A stretch of 64,000 bases of DNA. It comes from an uncultured delta proteobacterium (lineage in GTDB: Bacteria; Myxococcota_A; Polyangia; Polyangiales; B10-G4). This document shows, in pieces, positions 47,243 through 55,649 of the stretch. Position numbers and translations under genes: made by a program. Under the pieces are notes generated by a model. That model ran no database searches. It was not told where the DNA came from and saw nothing but the letters and a program-made list of their open reading frames with translations. The stretch is from assembly GCA_963727445.1 (NCBI GenBank), contig CAVSGI010000020.1:576001-640000 (forward strand). The letters run 5' to 3'. Numbering within the stretch: the stretch's first letter is position 1; every line of letters starts with the position of its first letter.

Positions 47243-48682
47243 ATGTGCGGTTTCGTCGGCCTGGTCGGCGCCAAAGACGTCGCCCCGGAGATTCACATCG
47301 CGCTTCAGGCGCTTCAGCATCGCGGCCAGGATTCCGCGGGGATCGCCACCATGACCGCGGATGGCCGTCGCTTTCCCGCGCGGCGCGGCCTCGGCAGCGC
47401 CGCGAACGCGCTCGGCGCGGAGGACCTCGAGGCCCTGGAGGGGCCGATCGGCATCGGGCACGTGCGCTACCCGACGATCGGGCGCGGCGTCCTCGAAGAC
47501 GCGCAGCCCTTCTTCTATCGCCAGCCGGGCATCCTGATGGCGCACAACGGCAACGTCACCAACTACGAGGAGCTCCGGGAGAGCCTCGCGGGGCGTTCCA
47601 TCCACCTCCTGTCGCACTGCGACGTCGAGCCCGCGCTCTGTGAGCTCGCCGACTCGCTCAACCGCGCCCGTCCGTCGGGCCACGGGATCGACGACGCCCT
47701 CGCGGGCCTGTGTGCGATGCGCGAGCGGGTTCGCGGCAGCTACTCGATCGCCGCCGCCCTGATGCTCGACGGAGAGCCGACGCTGGTGGTGGTCCGCGAT
47801 CCCCACGGCATCCGCCCCGCCATCGTCGGCCGGCGGAGCGACGGCGCCTGGATCGTGGCGAGCGAATCCGTCGCCCTCGACGCGCTCGGCTTCACGCGCT
47901 TCGAGGTCCCGTCACCGGGCGAGGCGCTCTTCCTGCGCGCGGGGCAGGAGCCGATCCGTCGCTCCCTCGCCGCCGGCGCCGCCGCACCCTGCGTCTTCGA
48001 GTTCATCTACTTCGCCCGCCCCGATTCCTACATCGAAGGTCGAAGCGTCTACGAGATTCGGTTGGGGTTGGGAGAGGCCCTCGCGGCGCGCCTGCAGGAG
48101 AAGGGGATCGAGACGGACGTCGTGATCCCGGTCCCGGACACGGCGCGCCCCGCCGCGACCACGCTGTCGGAGTCGCTGGGCCTGCCGCTGCGTGAGGGCT
48201 TCATCAAGAATCGCTACAGCGGCCGCACCTTCATCATGGCCGATCAGCTCACGCGCACCGCGGCGCTCCGGCTCAAGCTGAACACGCTGCCCTCCGAGAT
48301 CCGCGGCCGGCGCGTGCTCCTGGTGGACGACTCGATCGTTCGCGGGACGACCCTCGCGCGCGTCATCGCGCTGGTGCGCGAGGCCGAGGCTGAAGAGATC
48401 CATCTCGCCGTGCACTCTCCGCCGGTTCGACATCCCTGCTATTACGGGATCGACATGTCGACCGAAGAGGAGCTCTTCGCCCGTCGCTTCGGCGATGACC
48501 TCGAGGCGCTCGAGAAGGAGGCCGCCGCCGCGCTCGGCGCCGACAGCCTGACGTACCTGGACGTGGCGGGCATGGATCGCGTCTTCGACGGCGCGCGCTG
48601 CGCCGCGTGCTTCGACGGCGCCTATCCCGATCCCATCCCGGAGCACGACCGCGAGAGCATCGCGGGTGACCGGCGGCACTAG
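47243..48682 (+). CDS. purF: Amidophosphoribosyltransferase
   Basis: N-terminal MCG, LQHRGQDSAG, HVRYPT, CVFEFIYFARPDS, LVDDSIVRGTT, PCYYGID and CAAC motifs. Confidence 0.96.
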   Translation: MCGFVGLVGAKDVAPEIHIALQALQHRGQDSAGIATMTADGRRFPARRGLGSAANALGAEDLEALEGPIGIGHVRYPTIGRGVLEDAQPFFYRQPGILMAHNGNVTNYEELRESLAGRSIHLLSHCDVEPALCELADSLNRARPSGHGIDDALAGLCAMRERVRGSYSIAAALMLDGEPTLVVVRDPHGIRPAIVGRRSDGAWIVASESVALDALGFTRFEVPSPGEALFLRAGQEPIRRSLAAGAAAPCVFEFIYFARPDSYIEGRSVYEIRLGLGEALAARLQEKGIETDVVIPVPDTARPAATTLSESLGLPLREGFIKNRYSGRTFIMADQLTRTAALRLKLNTLPSEIRGRRVLLVDDSIVRGTTLARVIALVREAEAEEIHLAVHSPPVRHPCYYGIDMSTEEELFARRFGDDLEALEKEAAAALGADSLTYLDVAGMDRVFDGARCAACFDGAYPDPIPEHDRESIAGDRRH

Positions 48683-50616
48683 TGCACCACGGGATCCGCC
48701 ACTGGCATCGCCATCCCCGTGGCCAAGAACGTGTCGAGCTGATCGATCGCCATCGGCAGGCGCCGAACCCCCTCGTGCACCGCGGTCTCCTCGGTCGGTG
48801 GGATGGCGACGGTGCCCGGGAGCGGCGCGGGGACGCCGAAATCGAACTGCGAGAGCGCGGAGCCGTCCACCGGGCCCTCGGCGACGTCGAGCGCGGCGAT
48901 GGGATAGCTGACGGGCGAGAGGACCGGGATGCCGAGGGTGCGGGCCTGGAGCTCGGTGGCGAGGTAGGGGACGGCGTGATCGCCCGGCCCGTACTGAAGG
49001 AGCACGCGCCGCGCCTCCGGGCTGCCGGGATAGGTGTGCTCGAGCATGCGCGGCGCGTAGGTGACGGGATCGATCCGGTCGAGGGTGCTCTGACTCATCG
49101 AGGTGAAGAGCTGCACCTGCACGCGGTCGGGGAGGAAGAGCTCGAAGAGGCCGAGGAAGCTCGCGAAGGGTTGCGCGCGGAACATCATGAAGGAGTAGCC
49201 GATACCTCCGACGCCGAGAACCGCGCGGTCGATCTGTGGCGCGAGGGAGACGTAGGTGCTGCCGAGGATGTGCCCGTTCGAGTTGCCGTAGTACTGAATC
49301 GCCCCAGGATCGTAGAGGTCGGCGGTCTCGGGATCGGCGGCGAGGGCTTCGAGGAGCGGACCGGTCGCAGCCCGGGCGAGGGCGATCTGATTGGCCATTC
49401 CCTGATGCAGCCGGTCCGTGAAGAAGAATGCCTTGCTCGGTGAGTCGCCGACGTCGGCCAGGATCGCGCCGAAGTCGTCGTGGCTCATCCCCACCCAGTC
49501 GGTCGCCACCGCCACCGCGCCGAGGGCGTCGAGGGTGGTCCCCAGCCATTCCGACTCCGCCTCGGTGCGCTCTCCGAAGAAGCCGTGGCCGTACTGGATC
49601 AGCCGCGCCGGGCCGCCGGCGGATCCCTCGGCGACCGAGGGCGGCACGACGAGGCTGAAGGGCATCTGGGTGGTCTCGCCGCTCGCCATCACCGCTCCAC
49701 TCGCGTCGCGCGACAGGCGCGCCCCCGGCGCGTCGGCGTCGACGAAGAGAGGGACCTCGATGGTCCCGCGCACGATGAAAGCGATGTGCGGATCGTCAGG
49801 TGCCTCTGCGCGCTCCTCGATGGTGACCGAGGGCGGCTCGGCTTCGAGCATCGCGATCAGCGCCTCGCGAATCGCGAGCATGTCCCGGGTGGTGTCCTCC
49901 TCGGTCGAGACCGTGAAGTCCCACGCCAGCAGCAGGCTCTCGCGTTCGACCCCGGCGGCGGCGAGGACCTCGAAGACGTCGGCTTCGTAGCGGGCGGCCA
50001 GGGGCTCGAGGGCCGCGTGGCCAGCCGGCTCGCCGTCGCGGAGGCGCCGGAATCCCTCTGGCGGCTCCACCTTCGTCCCGTCGGGACGCGACAGATCGCG
50101 AATGGCCACGACATAGCGCGCGCCGTCCTCGAGGCGGACGAGCGGACGGATCGCCAGCGCTCTTCGCTGACCCGGCTTCGCGCCTGGATCGAGCTCGGCG
50201 AAGTGGAGCACCGGAGCACCGGTCGCGGCGTCGAGGAGCACCGTCTGAGAGGTCGCAGGCGTGAGCGTCGGCGAGGGATCATCGTGGAACGCGAGCGCGC
50301 CGTCGTCGATCTCCCCCGGCACGTACGCGATGATCTGCGGCAGCTTGGGGAAGCCGTCGGGGTGCTGCAGCTGGAAGGGGTCGAGCGGCTCGCCGGAGAC
50401 CGCGTCGACCAGGCTCGCAGCACCCTCGAGCGCGACCTGTCCGTCTACCAGGAAGAAGTCGCTGGGATAGGGCGCGGTGCAATCCCACTCGGCAGCGATG
50501 GGATTGCAGCCGGGCGCGGGGTCGTACGCGACCGGCGGCGTCGTGTCGTCTCCGCCGCAGCCGAAGAGCAGCGGATAGAGAGTGACGAGAGCGAAGAGAG
50601 GACGGAGTTGCATCAT
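48679..50616 (-). CDS. Lipase-like alpha/beta-hydrolase lipoprotein
   Basis: Lipobox LFGC; PYPSD, YGHGFFG, YYGNSNG (GxSxG), GDHAV and VHE motifs. Confidence 0.78.
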   Translation of the reverse strand: MMQLRPLFALVTLYPLLFGCGGDDTTPPVAYDPAPGCNPIAAEWDCTAPYPSDFFLVDGQVALEGAASLVDAVSGEPLDPFQLQHPDGFPKLPQIIAYVPGEIDDGALAFHDDPSPTLTPATSQTVLLDAATGAPVLHFAELDPGAKPGQRRALAIRPLVRLEDGARYVVAIRDLSRPDGTKVEPPEGFRRLRDGEPAGHAALEPLAARYEADVFEVLAAAGVERESLLLAWDFTVSTEEDTTRDMLAIREALIAMLEAEPPSVTIEERAEAPDDPHIAFIVRGTIEVPLFVDADAPGARLSRDASGAVMASGETTQMPFSLVVPPSVAEGSAGGPARLIQYGHGFFGERTEAESEWLGTTLDALGAVAVATDWVGMSHDDFGAILADVGDSPSKAFFFTDRLHQGMANQIALARAATGPLLEALAADPETADLYDPGAIQYYGNSNGHILGSTYVSLAPQIDRAVLGVGGIGYSFMMFRAQPFASFLGLFELFLPDRVQVQLFTSMSQSTLDRIDPVTYAPRMLEHTYPGSPEARRVLLQYGPGDHAVPYLATELQARTLGIPVLSPVSYPIAALDVAEGPVDGSALSQFDFGVPAPLPGTVAIPPTEETAVHEGVRRLPMAIDQLDTFLATGMAMPVADPVVH

Positions 50617-50707
50617 CGGAGAGTCGCGTTCTCTCCCGCTTCCAAAGCGGGGTCTAGCAGTCGCCGGCACGGTCGCAACGGGACCTCGGACCCCACTGGC
50701 CTTAAGC

Positions 50708-50743
50708 GCGCGAGCCCGCGTCCCAGAGGGCGCGGGCTCGTGC
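50708..50743 (-). terminator. GC-rich hairpin after the Gly/Pro-rich gene
   Basis: cgagcccgcg (50711-20) pairs with cgcgggctcg (50731-40); weak U-tract. Confidence 0.5.
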
Positions 50744-50760
50744 GACGGTGGGGTCGAAGC

Positions 50761-52329
50761 TCAGGGTTGGACTTGGTCCAGCGCCTCGACGTGGAGCAGC
50801 TTGAAGCCATCGGCACCACTGCAGCCGATGACCTTGGCCGCGCCCGACGTGTAGACGAAGCAGCTGTTCGGATCGAGACCCTGCGCGGTGGCGAGGCCCT
50901 CGTCCGGCGAGCCGGCGAGGGCGTTCGCCGTGGAGCGGTTCGCGTCACTGAAGGCGGCCACGGTGTCGGCGTTCGCCTGACACGCCAGGGGCCCGTAGCT
51001 CGCGGCGACCGCGGGGTTGAAGTACGCGGCTGCCGCGTTGCCCGAAGGGTCGGCGCCGCAAGCGGAGATGATTCCGTCGAGGGTCACGCTGAGGGAGATG
51101 CGGTTCATCTCGGCCTCGAAGCTCGAGCCGGCTTCGCTCGCGACCTGCTTGCCCTTGTAATAGAGGTAGCCGCCGACCGCGCAGGAGATCAGCACGATGA
51201 TCAGGCAGCAGCCGCCGATGATCATCGGGAGCTTGGACTTCTTCTTCTCGCCCTGAGGCGCGGCGCCGGGCGCACCGGGCGGCGGACCACCGGGCGCACC
51301 GAAGCCGCCACCGGGAGGCGCGCCACCGGGAGGCCCGCCGAAGCCGCCGCCGCCGGGAGGAGCGCCACCGGGAGGCCCACCGAAGCCGCCACCACCGGGA
51401 GGAGCGCCGCCGGGAGGAGGGCCACCGAAGCCGCCGGGGGCGTCGCCACCGGGAGGAGCGCCGCCGAAGCCACCGCCGCCGGGAGGCGCGGCACCGAATC
51501 CGCCAGGGGACGAGCCGGGAGGCGCGCCGCCCGGAGGCGGAGCACCGAATCCGCCGGGAGACGAGCCTGGGGGCGCGCCGCCAGGAGGGGGCCCCCCGAA
51601 GCCGCCGCCGGGCGCAGAGCCCGGGGCGCTACCGCCCGGAGGGGGAGCGCCGAATCCACCCGGAGCCGAGCCGGGTGCACCGCCACCAGGGGGAGGCGAG
51701 CCGAATCCACCCGGAGCCGACCCTGGTGGTGGACCACCACCGGGGGGAGGCGAGCCGAAGCCGCCGCCGGGAGGCGCGCCGCCGCCGGGGGAGGCGAGCC
51801 GAAGCCGCCGCCGCCGGGAGGCGCGCCGCCGCCGGGGGAGGCGAGCCGAAGCCGCCGCCGCCGGGGGGCGCACCGCCACCGGGGGAGGCGCGCCGAAGCC
51901 GCCGCCGCTGGGGGGCGCACCACCACCGGGGGGAGGCGAGCCGAAGCCGCCGCCGCCGGGAGGGGCACCGCCCCCGGGAGGAGGCGCCCCGAAGCCCCCG
52001 CTGGGAGGCGCGCCGCCAGGCGCGTCTTCCTGACCAGGGGGCGTCATCGGTCCCAGCATCGTCTGCTGGAAAGCGAGGTTTTTGGCCTGAGGCGAGCCCG
52101 CTTGCACGGGGCCGGGCGAGGCCGGGGGAGGGGCGCCCTGGGGTGGAGCACCCGGTGGAGCACCACCCGGGGGTGCCCCCCCAGGCTTCGGCGCCTGGGC
52201 GGCGCTCATCATCATGGTGCCCTTGAACTTTCCGCCCCGTGGGGCCGGCTTGAGCTCGGTGCCACACGAGACGCATTTGGTCGCGGTATCGGTGTTGGGC
52301 TTGCCGCAATTCGGACAGAAGACGGTCAC
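50761..52329 (-). CDS. Zinc-ribbon, Gly/Pro/GGFG-repeat single-pass membrane protein
   Basis: CPNC..CVSC; about 300 aa low-complexity region; KKKSK followed by a TM helix; small Cys-containing C-terminal domain. Three G5-for-G6 runs give a compensated frameshift. Confidence 0.8.
   Translation of the reverse strand: MTVFCPNCGKPNTDTATKCVSCGTELKPAPRGGKFKGTMMMSAAQAPKPGGAPPGGAPPGAPPQGAPPPASPGPVQAGSPQAKNLAFQQTMLGPMTPPGQEDAPGGAPPSGGFGAPPPGGGAPPGGGGFGSPPPGGGAPPSGGGFGAPPPVAVRPPAAAASARLPRRRRASRRRRLRLASPGGGAPPGGGFGSPPPGGGPPPGSAPGGFGSPPPGGGAPGSAPGGFGAPPPGGSAPGSAPGGGFGGPPPGGAPPGSSPGGFGAPPPGGAPPGSSPGGFGAAPPGGGGFGGAPPGGDAPGGFGGPPPGGAPPGGGGFGGPPGGAPPGGGGFGGPPGGAPPGGGFGAPGGPPPGAPGAAPQGEKKKSKLPMIIGGCCLIIVLISCAVGGYLYYKGKQVASEAGSSFEAEMNRISLSVTLDGIISACGADPSGNAAAAYFNPAVAASYGPLACQANADTVAAFSDANRSTANALAGSPDEGLATAQGLDPNSCFVYTSGAAKVIGCSGADGFKLLHVEALDQVQP
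51270..52025 (-). repeat. Imperfect coding repeats encoding GGAPPGGGGFGxPP(P)
   Basis: 14 GGFG units in the ORF plus two more in the frameshifted segment. Confidence 0.9.
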
Positions 52330-52482
52330 TAGGTCCCCTTTGGGTTTCGTGCCCTCGAAAAACCCCCAGCGAAGGCCTGCGTACCCTAACCGTCATCGGG
52401 CGAAGTTGGGAAGGGGGGTAAGCCAGTATTTTCGCGGACCCAGATCCCCGTTCGGGGGCGGCCGACGAGGCCTCCGGCGACC

Positions 52483-52511
52483 TTGACATCGGCCCCCCCG
52501 CCGCCTAGCGT
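52483..52511 (+). promoter_or_regulatory. Putative sigma70 promoter of the nuoE operon
   Basis: TTGACA-N17-TAGCGT; the spacer contains a C7 run. Confidence 0.55.
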
Positions 52512-52592
52512 CCGCCTCGCCCGAGGACCCTTTTAGCCTGATTTTTTCCGTGTCGCACGCATCTCGGGGCGGCACGCCACGCCGAGGCAACC

Positions 52593-53100
52593 ATGGCATT
52601 CGCTCTCCCGCCGGAACGCGAAAAAGAGCTGGACGAGATCCTGACTCACTATCCCGAGAAGAGGGCGGCCTGTCTGCCTGCGCTCTGGCTCTGCCAGCGG
52701 GAGCACGGCTGGATCTCACCCGACGTGATCGCGTATGTCGCGAAGCGCCTCGAGCTCACCACCGCGCAGGTCAAAGGCGTCGTGACCTTCTACACGATGT
52801 TCTTCGAGGAGCCGGTGGCGCCCAACGTCGTGTGGGTGTGTAGGACACTGTCGTGCGATCTGCGCGGCGCCAAGGCGGTGCAGGAGCACCTCGAGAAGCG
52901 CTTCGGCTGTCACGCCGGCGGCACCAGCTCCGACGGTCGGTTCACGCTGCTGAAGGCAGAGTGCCTCGCTGCATGCGGGCAGGCACCGATGGTGCAGATC
53001 AACGACGAGTATCCACGAGAATCTCACGCTCGAGAAGCTCGACGCGATCATCGACGACTACGCGGCGAAGACGCCCGCCACTTCCGTGAGGAGTGCGTGA
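52593..53100 (+). CDS. nuoE: NADH-quinone oxidoreductase subunit E; frameshift near 53013
   Basis: VVTFYTMF, VCRTLSCDLRGA and ECLAACGQAP motifs; corrected end YHENLTLEKLDAII...TGA overlaps the nuoF ATG. Confidence 0.92.
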
Positions 53101-54488
53101 TGGAATTCGAAGCTCTCCTGACGCGACGTTACGGAATAGACGACAGCCACCGGCTCGCGGTCGCGGAAGCCAACGGCGTGTATCGCCAGGCGCGCAAGGC
53201 GCTCACCTCGATGCAGCCCGACCAGATCAAGGAAGAGGTCAAGAAGGGCCCACATCCGCGGTCGCGGCGGCGCGGGCTTCCCCGCCGGGGTCAAGTGGGG
53301 CTTCCTCTCGCCGAAAGAGGGCGAGACAGGTCTACCTCGTCGTCAACGCCGACGAGTCGAGCCCGGCACCTTCAAGGACCGCACGATCATGTGAGCACGA
53401 CCCGCACCGCTTCATCGAAGGGCTGCCTCATCACCTGCTACGCGATCGGCGCGCACCACTGCTGGATCTACGTCCGCGGCGAGCTCAAGCACTGCATCGA
53501 CCGCATGAACGACGCCATCTCCGAGGCCCGCACCAAGGGCTACATCGGCCAGCGTCCCTTCGGCGTGAACCACGCCATCGACATCCACGTTCACCAGGGC
53601 GCGGGCGCCTACATCTGCGGCGAGGAGACGGCGCTCCTCAACACGCCTCGAGGGCAAGCGCGGCGAGCCGCGCTTCAAGCCGCCCTTCCCCGCGAACGCC
53701 GGCGCCTTGGCAGCAGCCGACGATCGTCAACAACGTCGAGACCATCGCCCAGGTCGCCGACATCATCGAGCTCGGCGGCGAGGCCTGGTCGCAACCGCGG
53801 ACGCCTCGGTGCGCGCGACGGTGGCACGCGGCTCTACGGCGTCAGCGGCCACGTGAAGAAGCCGGGCGTCTACGAGGCGTCCGGTGGGCATCACCATGCG
53901 CGAGCTCATCTACGACTTCGGCGGCGGCATGCTCCACGACGATCGCCCGCTCAAAGGCTGTCATCCCGGGCGGCTCGTCGACGCCGGTGCTGCGCCCCGA
54001 CAAGCTGGTGCACGCGCCCGCCGAGGATCACCCGCTGCACGCGTGGCACGGCAAGAGCGAGATCGACGTTCCGATGGGCGTGGACACCTACCGCGCGCTC
54101 GGCACGATGCTCGGCACCTGCTGCGCGATCGTCATGGACGACTCGGTCAACATGGTCGAGGCCGCGCGGAACCTGATGAAGTTCTACAAGCACGAGTCCT
54201 GCGGGCAGTGCACGCCGTGCCGCGAAGGGTGCGGCTGGCTCGTCGACATCCTCGACAACCTCGCTGCCGGTCGCGGCAAGCCAGAGGACGTCGATCTGCT
54301 GGTCGACGTCTGCAACAACATGATGGGCAACACGATCTGTGCGTTTGCCGACGGCACGGCGATGCCGATGCTCGGCTTCGTACGGCAGTTTCGCGAAGAG
54401 TTCGCCGCGGCGGCGCGAGGAGGCCTGAGAGAACACGCGCCTCGACGCCAGCGTGGCGGGTCTCCTCGGTGAAGGGAGGGCGGCGTGA
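53100..54488 (+). CDS. nuoF: NADH-quinone oxidoreductase subunit F; multiple frameshifts
   Basis: [52 protein letters not shown] and TICAF motifs spread over three frames. Confidence 0.92.
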
Positions 54489-55131
54489 GCAGCCTGGGTG
54501 AGCTTCTCTTCGTGGTCGCCGGCATCCTGGCCGTGGGTGGCGCGGTCGGCACCGTCATGGCGCGGAACCCGCTCAGAGCGGCGATGGCGCTCCTTCTTCA
54601 CATCATCTCCCTCGCCGGGACTCTTCTGACGCTTCAGGCGCACCTCCTCGCCGCGCTCCAGCTCCTGGTCTACGCCGGCGCGGTGGTGGTGCTCTTCGTC
54701 TTCGTCATCATGCTCCTCGGTCCGGAGTCGACGACGCCGCCCGGTGAGTTTCGAGGGCTGCTCGACGAGAACGGCGTCGGCCGCGATCGCCGCGATCGTC
54801 ACCGGCGGCATCGCCTTCAGCGTGATCAAGACCGCCAAGCCCTGCGATCCCGATCCCTCGCTGCGCGGAGGGCGTCGCGGAGTGCGGTCAGTTCGGCGGC
54901 GTCGATGGGATGGGCTCGGAGCTCTTCACCACCGCCGTCGTCCCCTTCGAGCTCATCTCGATCCTGCTGACGGTCGCCATCGTCGGCGCCATCGCCATCG
55001 CTCGCGGGCGCACCATCGCCGAGGCGAAGGAGGCGCGCGAGCGCAAGGCGGCCCGTGAGGCGGAGAAAGCCGCACAGGCCGCCCACGAAGCACAGCTCAC
55101 GGCCGAAGTCTCGGCCCACGGGGGACATTAG
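54485..55131 (+). CDS. nuoJ: NADH-quinone oxidoreductase subunit J; frameshifted
   Basis: [27 protein letters not shown] and [17 protein letters not shown] motifs. Confidence 0.9.
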
Positions 55132-55165
55132 TCGTGGCTGTCTCCGAACCAAAGGGGCTCATCTA

Positions 55166-55480
55166 ATGGATATCTGGTAGGCCTCGGCGACGTACCTGGC
55201 CCTGGCGGCGGTGCTCTTCGGGATCGGCTCCATCGGGTTTCTCACCCGCCGCAACATCCTGATTCAGCTCATGTCGATCGAGCTGATGCTCAACTCGGTC
55301 AACGTGATGCTCGTCGCGTTCAACCGGTTCAATCCGGAGAATCACGCCGGGCAGATCTTCGCCTTCTTCGTGATCGCCGTCGCCGCCGCCGAAGCTGCGG
55401 TGGGGTTGGCGATCGTCATCAGCCTCTTCCGTCTCAAGCACACCGTCGAGACGGACAAGGCGGACGCGCTCAAGTACTGA
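55166..55480 (+). CDS. nuoK: NADH-quinone oxidoreductase subunit K; 5' end corrupted
   Basis: [16 protein letters not shown] and [21 protein letters not shown] motifs; ATG 55166 is in frame but followed by TAG at 55178. Confidence 0.92.
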
Positions 55481-55483
55481 CGA

Positions 55484-55645
55484 AAATGACCGACCGCAAT
55501 TCCAGGGCAGTTCTCACTCGTCTCCGGCCCCGCTCGGGGCGTCGCTCCTCCTCGAGCGGCCTCTTGGCCGCCCTTCGTCGTCCCTCCTTCCGAGCGGCGC
55601 CGGATCCTTCGCGATCTCCTGCCCTCGAATCACGGTCGGTCATTT
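55484..55645. repeat. 162-bp nested palindromic element (MITE/REP-like) between nuoK and nuoL
   Basis: Perfect 13-bp terminal inverted repeat 55484-96/55633-45; inner stems 55504-10/55619-25, 55523-27/55600-04, 55530-37/55590-97; apex 55556-71. Confidence 0.8.
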
Positions 55646-55649
55646 AGCC

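Noticed and set aside
51780..51890. Arg-rich insert or programmed frameshifting in the Gly/Pro gene
   Set aside because: Three G5 runs where sibling repeats have G6 sum to -3; this is the pattern of homopolymer sequencing error.
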